From: Balanoglossus misakiensis | Taxonomy: Eukaryota; Animalia; Hemichordata | Reading direction: 5' to 3' | Assembly: GCA_040954595.2 (NCBI GenBank) | Contig: CM082587.2 | Coordinates: forward strand, 12,178,153 to 12,242,152 | DNA length: 64,000 bases | In this document: one piece after another, positions 12,181-24,337 of the stretch | How positions within the stretch are numbered: position 1 is the stretch's first letter | Layout of the letters: every line of letters begins with the position of its first letter | Translations under genes and position numbers: made by a program | Notes under the pieces: model-generated | Seen by the model: only the letters and a program-made list of their open reading frames with translations | Told to the model about the DNA's origin: nothing | Databases searched by the model: none

Positions 12181-13373
12181 TATACATTAGTGAAAATTGG
12201 GCAAACTGGTGTTTTCAGACAACTTATGAAGTCCTTGTCTCAATGGAGGTACCTGCCAACAACAGGTAAATTCTTGTACTGCCACAATTTGCATGTGCAC
12301 AGAGTGTTACTAGGGAACCAGTTGTGAGACAAGTAAGTTTGAATCTGTAGCAGTTAATAATGATAATTATCATTTTTTTATTATGATTTAAACTTCACTG
12401 ATGTTGTACAAACGCAAAAATAGAAAGGGATAGCAGCTTAGCTCTATTCCGTTTCGAAAGTTTTTGTTCTTTTAAACTACCTGTGCATTTTTTTTATTTA
12501 TTCTGATTATGCTAATATGCTAATTTGTCGGTTTGTCACATCACAATTTTTGTAGGAAACTCACCCCTGATGATCATGGAAAATTTGACCCTTTTCCTTG
12601 CAGGACTCAACCAGTGTCAACCAAATCCGTGCCAGAATGGTGGCTTCTGTCAACCGGCTCGAAATTCCTGCTTTGATCTCACCTGCATATGTACTGGTTG
12701 CTACAAAGGTGATAGGTGTGAGATATGTAAGTATACAGCGCAGTCTCATTCAAATACTGCATGTTTCCTGAGCATAGGTGTAGCCATCACCACAGCAGAG
12801 CTTGGAGAGTTCTTGACATCGAATGCAAGATTACACTCTTTCCAATCAAAATCACTTTCGTGGCGCATAATGTCTTGATTGTCTTGGTTCAAGAAACATT
12901 ATGCGCGACTGGCCAATTTTACTGCCTTTTGTCAACACACATCCACTATGGAAATTCTCACTCCAGGCCAGATAGTGTAAATTTACATATGAGTCTACAG
13001 GTGTGCTTGAAGTCAAGTCAAGCATTTGCAAGGAACCCTCCTCCAGTACACAGGTCTTTGATTTCATGAAGGGAAGCCCTTGCCTCACAGTCACTGCCAC
13101 GTGATCTATGGAGGTGTGAACAACTTGATACCAGCCTAATATAAGTTGTAGGCACAATCACTCCACACACCCTTGCCATAATTCTACAAGGTTTTTGCCA
13201 TATCTGTACTGTAGAATGAGTAGCAAGGAATAAAATGGCGTCCTTTCTTAATTTCCAGTGCAAAACCCCTGTGATCCCAACCCATGTATGAATGGTGGAT
13301 TTTGCCAGCAAACATCGTGCAATTTCTATTCATGCCAGTGTGTGAACTCTTACACAGGTGACATCTGTCAAAC

Positions 13374-14260
13374 CATAGACCCTAGAGAAAGAAGGGCGAG
13401 CAACTGCGGCAAAGATCAAAGGGTTTGGGGATTATCTGTATGATGATGTTTTTTTTTGTATATAATTAACACCCAGGACAGTCGGACAATGACTTCCTTA
13501 CTTCGGCACGTGTCGACCCCACCAGTGATGCGAAAACTTGCCACCAAACTGGCACTACTGCATTTCAGCAGCCACTGCGTTTTTTTCTAAAATTCTAAAA
13601 GTATTACGATGTCTGTGCTAATTATTATGGTTTGGTGTTCGTCTGTCGGTTGAATGGTCATTTCTAGTGCCACAAGCTTCATTTAAAAATTGTAAACAAA
13701 TCATCCATGTTTTTTGCATGTCCGACTGGGCACTCATATTTCTTAGTAACGCTGACTCTTTTCGTAATAATTTTATGTTTGCGTGAAGCATTGAAATAAA
13801 AATTGTGGTTTAGGGGCATTTTATTTCGCAGTGCGTGAACAATAAAACAGATTTCACGAAAACAATTTGTAAACAAACTGGGTGGATTATCATGTGTGCG
13901 CTATGGCCGCCAGGCAACCCTCGGTACGGTTAGCTCACAGCCTTGTGAAATACCCGGACTGTTAGACAAAAGATGCTTGTTTTGGACGCTGTCAGACTCA
14001 GATTCAAATTCCTGTTTAACTTGTCCAGATGTGTTCCATAAATAATCGCTGCGTTCAACCACGTTGCAGTTTTCTCGTCTTCTGCGAGATGTTCTGAGGT
14101 GTTGTGATAACTTCACACAAAACACGAGACTTTGCGTTAGTTTATACACAGTTAATTTGCAAATTGGATTATTGGGATTTATCTGGAAATAATGTATGCA
14201 AAAGAACATCATTTCAAGAAAAAACTGGAGTTGCGCGTCCTTCTTTCTCTAGGGTCCATG
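13374..14260. mobile_element. P-element-like MITE inserted in an EGF exon (also 28951-29836, 46866-47751, 63701-end)
   Basis: TIR CATAGACCCTAGAGAAAGAAGG...CCTTCTTTCTCTAGGGTCCATG; 7 bp TSD gtcaaac (13367-13373 and 14261-14267). Removing it restores tgt caa aca a|gtgagt. Confidence 0.88.
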
Positions 14261-16169
14261 GTCAAACAAGTGAGTATATACTTTCAAGACACCCTGCAAA
14301 CAAACAAGCCATCTTCATTCCGTAGATCTTTTAAGCTTATTTATACATTGTAAATTTTGATGTGAAACTTTATTGGTCTTGTTGCCAAACTTCTGAAGAA
14401 ATGAGGATATTGTTTTGAAGGGTATTTTATCAGTAGGTAACAAATACCATGGCCCTCCATGCAAATACCCACATGGTAAATTAAAACTGTTACAGATGTA
14501 TTTGATTTCCACATATTGATTACATGTGGGATAATATTGGGTGCTGGCAGTTTCAGTAAATGAACTGCTCTTAAAAGTTGGGCGTCAGGGCACCCTTGAT
14601 TTTGCCTGTTCCAAGCTAGAATAGTCTGTCCATATGAATATTTGTTCAGCAAGTTACAAGCAATCTTTTAAGTTTGGAATGAAAAAATAGTGAAATGACT
14701 TGTGATGTTAATGTGCAATTGTTGGTTGATTTACATGCAACCCCCAGGACTCGATCAATGTTCTCCCAATCCGTGCATGAACAACGGTATCTGTGAGCCA
14801 ATCAGTGGATCGTGCAGTGCGTTTACCTGTCGCTGTCAAGGCTGTATCATTGGAATCAGCTGTGACCAAGGTAAATTTATCAGACGAGGAACTGTTTTTC
14901 CCCCCTCATACCGGTATATTTGTCATAGCTGGCAGCTATGAAATTACCTGTATATTTAGGATGTGACAAACCAAATAGGCACTTTCAGGAATTGAGTCTT
15001 TTTTGCAATTACTAAGTCCTAAACTCCCAAAAGTATAATAAGTAATTCTTATTGTTCAGTTATACATTAAGGAGGCTTAGTTATAGGAGAACCCGATAGA
15101 ACCACAGCTGTAGGAATTAAGGAAATGGTCATACCCTAAAAACTTATGTCACTACTATTTATTTATTTTCATTCCATTGAAACAGAACAAACTCCATGTA
15201 GGCCAAGTCCATGCCTGAACAATGGGCAGTGTACTCGGCTGTCGTGTACAACTTATGAGTGTACTTGTCCAGGATGTTTCACCGGCACACACTGCAGCCA
15301 GTGTAAAACTCATTAAAACAAACATTTTGTCATGCAGGAACTAACATTTACAATCATGTCTCAATACATTGTCTGTTGGTCATACTTTATATTTTCATCT
15401 TCAGCATCACACCTTGGGCCTTGGGAATCGTTCACCTCAAAAATGATGTACAACTGAAAGAAAACATGTTTATTTGAAGAAAAAAATGTTGATCGTTCAT
15501 GAAAATTTTCCCTACACAAGATACATATACAGAGATTTTCATAGCCCCACAAGTGCGTCCCAGAATGAGCAAGTTGTTTTTGGAAGTGAAGTTCCGTTCA
15601 GTATTTACAGTAATGGTAATGATGATGTTTTTATCAAATAGATTTTGAAAGTAAATATTGCTGAGATAACATTAGGTTGCACTTTTTATTGCAGTCCAAG
15701 ATCCATGCCAGCGAAACAGCTGTCTCAACGGGGCTGTATGTAATGCAGTGGCCAACTCCTGCACGGCATATACCTGTGCCTGTACTGGTTGCTATGAGGG
15801 TAACCGTTGTGAAATATGTAAGTTTCTGACGTACCGTAAATGACAATCTTTTGGGCACTTTCTCTTCATGGCAATTGAATTGTGTGGTAACTTCTCATTT
15901 CTAAAATTTCCCCAAGAGAAAAGAAAACAGAAATTTCATTTGTATGTCCGTGCAATTTAGGATAGGCACGAACTTGTGAGGAAGTGTACGAAGCTGGATG
16001 TTTTCATCACTCAAATATACAAGAGTTGCCTCTTGAAGACTAGTGTCTGTAGAGATAATTGTGCATATGAGGTAATCTCTCCTAAGGTGGTGCACACATC
16101 TGAGTATTAAGTAAAAGAGACGTCCTTAATTATCCTTACTATTTGGCTTGAAAAATCAATCTTACTAGG

Positions 16170-16213
16170 TGTTCTGATTAGAGAGGTGTCCATAAAGACA
16201 GGTTTTACTGTAT
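16170..16213. mobile_element. Tc1/mariner-pogo-type MITE terminus (also ~76-119); a matching opposite-orientation terminus lies at 11209-11250
   Basis: gattagagaggtgtccataaagacaggttttactg|ta versus ta|cagtaaaacctgtgattacggacatctctctaat; CAGT terminus with TA target. Confidence 0.55.
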
Positions 16214-19200
16214 TACCCAAAATAGAGACATTGTCCCTTCATCATATACTTAATGCGTGTTCTGGGTATGGTTCCAGTATAATGCTTGTGTCAAAGGATT
16301 TTGTTGTGGTGCAGGAATCATCTTTGGTTGAGGTGTAGCCATCTGCATTTCATGTTTTTTAAACTATTTTTTTTCTGATAGTCATTAACCCATGTGATCA
16401 GAATCCGTGTCAAAATGGAGGCTATTGTTCCCAAACACCAAATTCTTATACTGACTACACCTGTTACTGCCAGTAGTGTTGGACTGGGGCCATCTGTGCC
16501 GTAGGTGTGTCGAATTACTGTTTTATGACACAGCGTGGTATATAAACCCTCATTTTTGGTATTCTCAATGTGATAGATGGACCCATACACCAATAAATGG
16601 GGTGGAAGCATTACTAAGTTTCATCCTTTCAAAATTTGCTGATGTAGGGTCAAAATTGAGTGTGAGATGCACGTTAAAAAGGAAAGCCTTCTGTATCATG
16701 TTGACGGCACATTTTTTAATTTTTCAAGATTCTTACAGAAAAATCCTAGCAATAGCATCATTATGTTATTTTAAATGTACAGGTTTGAAACAAGGAATGA
16801 AGACATTGCTCACATATTTAAACGAAATGAACATCACAAGTACACGTACAAGTTTTTGACAAGCAGGTAATTGATACTTTCATTTTTGTTTTGGCAGCCA
16901 TTGATCAGTTATACTCTATGCCTTGTCAAAATGGTGGCACATGCGTTGCGCGAGACGGCTGTTTCCTGTTTGACTGTATGTGTACCGAATGCTTCACTGG
17001 TGCCACATTTACAATGCGTAAGTACAAACCAATATTATTTTATTCAATGCAAAACACTTGTTATGTATTATATAATATAAGTACGGTACACATATTAAAG
17101 CCCTGGTAACTCAAACTTTGGGCTAGCTTAATGTTATCACTATTTTTGTTTTCGGTTGCAACTGTGGTTTCTTGTCACACTCTAAAGGATTTCACAGCAT
17201 TTGGTTTTTCAAAACAGCCCTTTGGTTGTTGTCATGTATACATGTACATGACTGTGGAGTGTAGTTTGTAGATTCTGTAATTTTGACAATATCTTGACTG
17301 CACATCCCACAGCTGTCAACCAGTGTCAACCCATCCAGTGTCAGAATGGTGGAAACTGTGTGCTGACGCCCAATTGGTGTACTGAATTCACATGCTCCTG
17401 TACAAGCTGTTACTCCGGCGATTTATGTCAGACATGTGAGTGATTTTAAATTTCAGATGAAGAGGAACATAATAACATAACACATAATCGGCTTGCAGTT
17501 GGTTTCTTCCAACCTGTATCAAACAGTGAATAACGACACAATTTTGGGGAAATTTATTAAGAATGTGTGTGCCATAAAAGGGGATTGTGTATTTGACCAA
17601 ACAACAACCTGCACCGTATGGTACACTAAGACACTATTACACCTGTGTCAAAATTTCATTACGTTTCTTTTGTTGAACATGGAAGAAATTTGTCACAGTG
17701 ATGTTCTGTTGACCAACTGAGATTTTTACCACTCAACCCTGACTGCACAAATCTGTTTAAAGTATATGTAGTAAATATTAACTGTACACAATTTATATCA
17801 CTTTCTCTTCTGTGCACAGATTTGAATCCGTGTCAGCCCAACCCTTGTCTAAACAGTGGATTCTGCCAGCAAGTGTCCTGCACCGAGTTCAGATGCCAGA
17901 GTTCGCGCTGTTTCATCGGAACCACGTGCGCTGAACGTAAGCAAACCAGTGTCAGATTTGCCGCACAAAGTAGAAATCGCTGGGCTTTGTCATTGATATT
18001 GTCTCAATAAAGTTGCCTGTGATTGTGCAGCTAACCAAGAGACTTATATGCACTACCGTAGCCATGATGTATACTTTCATTGACTCAAATGCTCATCAGA
18101 GTAGATGTTGCTATTTTTCCAACCGTAAATTGAAACATCAGAAAGTTATGACATCAACTACCCCCACCCCCACCCCACCCCACCCCCAACTAGTAAATAT
18201 TATAAGATGCTGTAATTATGATAAAGATGGTAGCACCAAGCTTGGATCAAGTGGTCTTCATTATCCTTCACACATGAACATGATCACACGGATGTGCAAT
18301 CTTCTGACAGTCTGCTACAGATTTCACTTCCCACTCAAGTGTGTAAGACCCTAATGTGATACTTTTCATTTCTCTCACCCTTAGCGATCAACCAGTGTCT
18401 TCTAAACCCATGTCTGAATAACGGAGTGTATCAGCCACTTCAAGGCTCCTGCTCAATCTACACCTGCAACTGTCCAACCTGCTACACTGGGCAAACATGT
18501 GTTACATGTAAGTCACAAGTTTTTAGGTCCCATTGGTATGTACCATGGGACCTTATGGGATTGGTTACGTCTGTATGTATGGATGGATGGATGGATGGAT
18601 GTATGTCTGTATGTCCGTCCACATCGAAAACTTGAAAACCGCAGCGCGTATGACCTCGATATTTGGCGTGTAGATGCAGGCAGGGCTGTAGATGGGAGTT
18701 TGTTCAAATGAAGATGTCATTGCCAAAAATATGCAAATTAGCTGGGAAAATGTGAAATTGGTCAAAACTCAAAAACTGGACAACCACTGGTCATATTGAT
18801 TTGAAAATTGGTATGCATGTACCTTATATCAACCTCATACAATCCTGTATGTTTTGAGCTAATATTATCGATTTCCTATTTTTTTTGCATTTTTTTGTAT
18901 TTTTCCATGTTATTGGTAAAAAGTCTTTGAAATTTAGTATGAAGCCTCCTAATGTTGTCTAAGTAACCATAGTTTTGTTCAAATTGTTGCAAAATTTGCA
19001 TATCTATAATTTTGAGCAATATTTGCCATTTTTGGTCAAAAAATGTTTTTCTTTAAAACCTCATGCCAGATTGCTTTCCAATTTGGTAGGCATGTTCGTA
19101 GGGGTAACCTAAATAATATGTTGTAAAAAAAAAAGATATTTGCATAAATGTGTTATCGGGGAAACTTTTGCAATTTTTGTCAAAAATTGTTTTCTCTGAA

Positions 19201-21065
19201 ACCGCTTGTCCTATTGCATTGAACTTAGGCAGCATGTTCCTTGTAGTGATTGAAGTAAGATATTGTACAATTTTGATGATATTTGCATATTTGTGTTTTT
19301 GCCACTTTTGAACAAATATTTTCTGTGAAACTGCTTGTTGGATTGCTTTGAAATTAGTTTTTTCTCTGATTGCTTTGAAATTTAGGATATAATTTCATAA
19401 CACATACCTGTATATGTGCAACTTTTATTCAATTCTGAGATCAGAAAGATTAAATATTTAGCGAGTTTTTTTGGTAAGTTTCTTAGTTTTTGGTTAGCAA
19501 ATCTTTTCCTAAACAAATTGTCCAGTTGTTTTTAAAGTTACTATTTACAAGGAGTTGTTACCTCGAACAAAGACATGTTTACATAACTTAAATAGGCCAG
19601 CTGTTACAGAGACCACCAGCTATCAAATTTTAATTACCAGTGGCAGGTCAGTGTGTGTCTGTTCCAGGGCTGACTGAAAGAAGTTGCTTCGCATATGTGT
19701 TTGTACCGACAATTTTTGGTCATTTTTTTTTTCTAGCACCACTTGTAAGACTGCCATGACACATGACAGTTTATTGGGCATGTTCCTTGTTAATGTTTTT
19801 ACATTCCATATTTCTATATGGTCAGATCATATCTGCTTGCAAATGTCACCTGTAATTTTTATTCTGGTGTGTCACTGTTTCCGCATAATCCTCAAATGTC
19901 ATCAGATCTCCGAATGTGATGAAAACAGTGTGTTTTGAGTGTTTTTTAAATGACCTTTTGGGTTAAAAGTGGCAAAAATGGCAATTTTGTCTTGAAAGGG
20001 GTCAATAAGACTGACTTTTTTGGAATCAGCACCATTTTTTACATTGAATGGACTAGTCTGCTCAAACTTTCCTTACCAACAATTCTGTTTAATCTTCTGT
20101 AACATGTATACTAGTATACATGTAGCTGCCTGATAGTTGGCCCTGCGTGTGTAATTGCTGAGTGACATAACGCATTCTGTGATTGGTGCAGTCACGTAAC
20201 CACCAATAAGATCGCTTGTTATAAGGAGAACTGCACGACCTTTAACCGCATTAGCATACCTGATTTTTAGGGCTCGATATTACCTCTGAGGACGCAATAT
20301 TTAAGTTGAAGTTTTTTTCTTTTATCATATTAGAGCAAGAAGACTTGTTTTTATGTAAAAGAAATAGACCCTAATATACAGAGTGCGTTTTGAAACGATA
20401 GGCAGGTCCGGCCCATAGCCTAATTCTTCATTTTTCTGTCATGCGTAGGAATTGATCAGTGCTAACAACCCATGTCAAAATGGCAGCACTTGCCAACCCT
20501 AACCTCGTGTGGTGCATTGACGTGCACCTGCCAAGGATGCTATACTGGGAGCGCTGTGAAAATTGTCAGTCAGTTTCTTTTGTCAAATTAATCAATATGT
20601 GTGGGACTGCTATACATGTATATAAAACAGAATACTGCGATGGAAAATTCTATAACTTAATGTTTCACTGGATATATGACTTAAAGTTAGCAGGATGCAG
20701 TGAATTCAACAGAAAGTGTAATTTCCTCTTGTGTGAGCTCTGTGCGACTGTGCCAATGAAAATCTCACCACAAACAAAAATGACAGGTATACACTGTATA
20801 TTAGCAGCTTTGTCTCTGTAATAGCCATAGTGTTTTGAAGTTGAAAACTTGCAAAGTGTGCAGTTTTATTCACACTACAAAGGAAACATTGTTGAAACGG
20901 ATTATCTGTGTACATTGTCAAACTGTACACTTGTCGCGAGATTTATTCTCAATTATATTATATCATGCTACCGTCCGCAATTCTGATTGGACGAGAGCTA
21001 AATCCAGCGATGCTAAAATACTCAATAATGCACTGCTGACAGTGGTAAAACGGGCTTTCTGTTTG

Positions 21066-22251
21066 CCACATGGGTTTGTTCTTTAGGTTGTTGTATGTGT
21101 TTACACTCATCATGTTTATTGTAGAACCAGGGTCGATCAGTGAGGCAACTGCTGTTTGTTCTGTCTGCACTGTTACTTGAGGCCTCCTGCCATTTGATTG
21201 TTGTACAGTGAAGCAGTATTCATCTCCCGAGCTGTCTTCCACTTTATGCACAGCTTTGACAGTTTCATCCTTGTCTACCCTATTTGCCTTGCCTTTTGAT
21301 CGGTAGCATTTGGCAAAATAGTTAGGTTTGCCACACTTCCTGCATGACTTGCCTTTAGCTGGACATACTGAGTCATGTGGATAGGTGCCACCACAATAAT
21401 AACAAGTGGACGGTCCTTTCGCTGGCTGCTGATGAGCTCTCTTTTGTTTATTTGGTTTCGGGCGTTGGTGGCGCTGTTTTCTGACCGCATTCACAGATGC
21501 CGTATCTGCACCATAATTTTGGGTTTTCTCCTCAATCCCACTAGCCTGAACCTCTGATACCTCAAATGAACAGGCTGTACTCAGTAGATTCTCTAGTGTC
21601 GTCTCCTCCCGAAGAGCACGACGTCTGAGACGGGCTGATGTGAATCCTCGTATGATTTGTGATTTGACCTCTTGATCCTTATTGGTGAAGTCACATATGT
21701 TTCTGCTAGGCGTTGCAAACAAGTGTGATAGGCATCAATCGATTCGCCGTTGTTTTGTATGGTGTCTCTGAAGATAAATCGTTCGTATTCAATGTTCCGT
21801 TTGGGTGAGAAGTATGACGAAAGCTTTAATTTGGCTGTTTCACAGCTAGTTCCTGTATCTGGTAGAGTATCAAAGAAGTCGGAAACTTCCTCACCTGCCC
21901 AGTGCAATAGCAGTGCACGTTGTCGCTTGTCATCTGTAATGTTGAATGCGACAAATGCGTTTTCTACTCTAGCCATGTACTTTTTCCATCTCGTACTGGT
22001 GGTTGTCGGGTCTGAATGAACAGGAAAACTCGGCATTGACGGCTAGCTGATTCTCCATGTTCTCCGTCCTCGTCGCCAAATATAGAATCGTTGGTGGGCA
22101 ATAATGACAACACGAGACACCAAGTCCGGCATGTAAGAGTGAGAGTGCCTAGCCTCGTTCACGCACTTTATTCATAATGACCCGAATGTTGCATTACGTC
22201 ATTTTACAGAATGTATAAAGTATAGATGCTCACTAGTGTTTGGACACTACA
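21066..22251 (-). mobile_element. Ty3/Gypsy (Mag-like) 5' fragment: putative LTR 22081-22251, PBS 22067-22078, frameshifted gag, truncated protease
   Basis: Minus strand begins TGTAGTGT, contains AATAAA, then TGGCGACGAGGA (complement of the tRNA-Ser(GCU) 3' end). Gag reads RWKKYMARVENAFVAFNITDDKRQRALLLHWAGEEV, followed by zinc knuckles. No RT, integrase or 3' LTR. Confidence 0.88.
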
Positions 22252-22769
22252 ATATACATGTGACTGCAGTGTCTTTCCAATCATGAATTTGCAAGGTGTC
22301 CTTCGGAGAAAATCTTCTGATTCTCTTTTCTGATTTGCTTTGCATATTTAACTTAATGATCTCATTTGTTGGAATTCCCTGTCTCAAATTTTTGATGATC
22401 AGTCTCTGCCCCATTGCTCATCGTCCCAACTTTCTGATGATATATGGATGATAGATGGGATCAAATCTTTGGTCGTGTATTTGCTACAAATGGTAGGTAT
22501 TGGTTCGTGATTGAGTCTTTGTGTTGTATATTTGGGGTCGCAGTGGTATGAGTTTGGATTTATGCCAATCTTTAAGTTAAGTGTTATTTGGGTTGCCGTT
22601 GAGCATTGATGGCTTGATAAGTGGGGCTAGGGTCAATTTTGATTGGGTTTGGATTGTTTGGGCTATGATAGGTTGGGTGATGGCTAGGATTTGTGGTGGG
22701 TATAAGGTGTGGTGTAAGAGATGGAGGCATTATGGGGTCTGGTGAGGTTTTTGTGAAGGAGGCCATGGT

Positions 22770-23630
22770 GGCTGCAGAATTCAGGGCATGCTGTAGCGGT
22801 TGAATGCATGATGATGGTAAACCACAGAGTATTGCATTGCAGTAGTCCAGTTTTGATGTGATTAGAGCATGAACCAGCATCTGGCAAACTTCCTTAGTGA
22901 GGTAACGGCGAATGTGGCTGATTTGACGCAGATGGAAGAAAATTGACTTGCAAATTGCATTAATGTGCTTATTGAAAGTGTAATTGTCGTCGAATGTCAC
23001 ACCTATATTCCGTGCAGAATTCACAATTTGAACACAACATGATCCAATGCTCATGTGGTTTATGGGACGAGGCGAGCGGTTGAACTGAGACCTTATCAGG
23101 AGTACCTCGGGTTTGCCACCATTTAGTTGAAGTTTATTATGTGTCATCCAGGTTTTTATTTCGTGAACTGCCCTTTCCATCTTGTCTAATGTACTTATGG
23201 TGTCTAACTGGAAGAAATATTGGTATAGTTGGTTGTCATCGGCATATTGGTGAAAATTGATGTTGTGGTGACAAATAAGTTGAGCAAGTGGTTGGATGTA
23301 GCTGCAGAACAAAAGTGGGCCAAGCACTGAACCGTGTGGTACTCCATATTGTAGATATTGAGGTTCTGACATTGTGCCATACAAACTGCTGTCTGTTCTT
23401 AAGATATGATGAGAACCATTGTAGTGCGATGTTGGTGATGCCCAGTTTTGATAACCTTGAGATGATTGTGTCGTGATCTATGGTATCAAACACAGAGGAG
23501 AGATCGAGGAGAACCATGAGTACACATTTACCGGCATCCAGTGCCATACAAATATCGTTGTTGACTTTAGTAAGTGCTGTTTCGGTACTGTGATCCTTTC
23601 GGTACGCTGACTGCAGTGGTTCTTGTAGTG
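22770..23630 (-). mobile_element. L2-type LINE, copy 2 (RT only; endonuclease removed by a ~1.4 kb deletion)
   Basis: ORFs 22584-23384 and 23236-23547; junction gtagtga|atttatttt at ~23631. Confidence 0.92.
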
Positions 23631-24337
23631 AATTTATTTTGATGTTTAACAGGTGTGATTATCTGTATTTGCGGCCATTTTGAAAAAAAATTGGTTGCCA
23701 TGGAAACTCTTCAACAGATATTTAGTGACTCGCTATCTGAATTTGTTCAGTACACATTAACACACATCTGAGCCAAGTTTGGTGCTTTTATCACAAAATA
23801 CACAATCGATATGAAAATTTGGGTTTTGGTGCTCCACTACCTAAGTAACATTAAGGATGTACGTTCAATAAAATGGAAAGTATTGTCATTTTTTTTAATT
23901 GTGGATTTTTTTATTCTCTTTTGTATGTATAATGAAAATCCGTAATAAAATATAGGGGTCACCGCGCTTGTTTTTGAAATACAGAGCCATGAAATTGGTC
24001 GATAATAGAAGAAATCTGCTGACTCAGCATTTTTCACCAATGGTTTGTTTGTCTATGGCCAAAATTCTTAATGCAATTTATCTCAAAAAAGAGCGCGGTG
24101 ACCCCTATATTTTATTTGACCAATGAATTTATATTTGCTGGACTGAGCTATGTGTAAAATTTCGAGAAAATGACAATAGTAGAAGTTTGTTTTCTGGCGA
24201 TTATCAATGTAATCCTATGGGAAAAAGACCGGACACGCAGTGTTTCCGGTTTATGTTCTGCACGTACATCCTTGATGAAGTTTGCTGGCTAGAGGGCTCC
24301 TAAACCTCCTTAATATTTGACGTCTTCACTCCTACAG

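Larger units (their letters stand above)
1..16094 (+). repeat. Macrosatellite unit copy 1 (phase arbitrary). Lacks ~929 bp of Gypsy LTR/gag and carries a private ~62 bp templated insertion
   Basis: The sequence at 1 (cacatctgagtattaagtaaaagagac) recurs at 16095, 32280 and 49587; the ORF track repeats with offsets 16094, 32279 and 49586. Confidence 0.98.
12219..20564 (+). pseudogene. Complete 12-exon EGF run: 12219-12332, 12604-12726, 13259-14269 (split by a MITE), 14748-14870, 15186-15302, 15695-15817, then the six exons of copy 2 from 16382
   Basis: 12604-12726 = LNQCQPNPCQNGGFCQPARNSCFDLTCICTGCYKGDRCEI; 15186-15302 = QTPCRPSPCLNNGQCTRLSCTTYECTCPGCFTGTHCSQ; 15695-15817 = QDPCQRNSCLNGAVCNAVANSCTAYTCACTGCYEGNRCEI. 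Exon 12219-12332 has TGA and TAG stops. Confidence 0.9.

Noticed and set aside
380-12332. In-frame stops as programmed readthrough or selenocysteine
   Set aside because: The stops are a mixture of TAG, TAA and TGA, mostly not at Cys positions, and co-occur with frameshifts and a transposon insertion.
804-15817. Naming the EGF gene Notch, fibropellin, crumbs or SVEP1
   Set aside because: No diagnostic flanking domains are present and the 8-Cys spacing does not match those proteins.
11209-16213. Facing CAGTAAAACCTGT termini as a 5 kb composite transposon carrying exons
   Set aside because: The exon runs continue uninterrupted beyond both termini and the ends are diverged; two independent MITE remnants are more likely.
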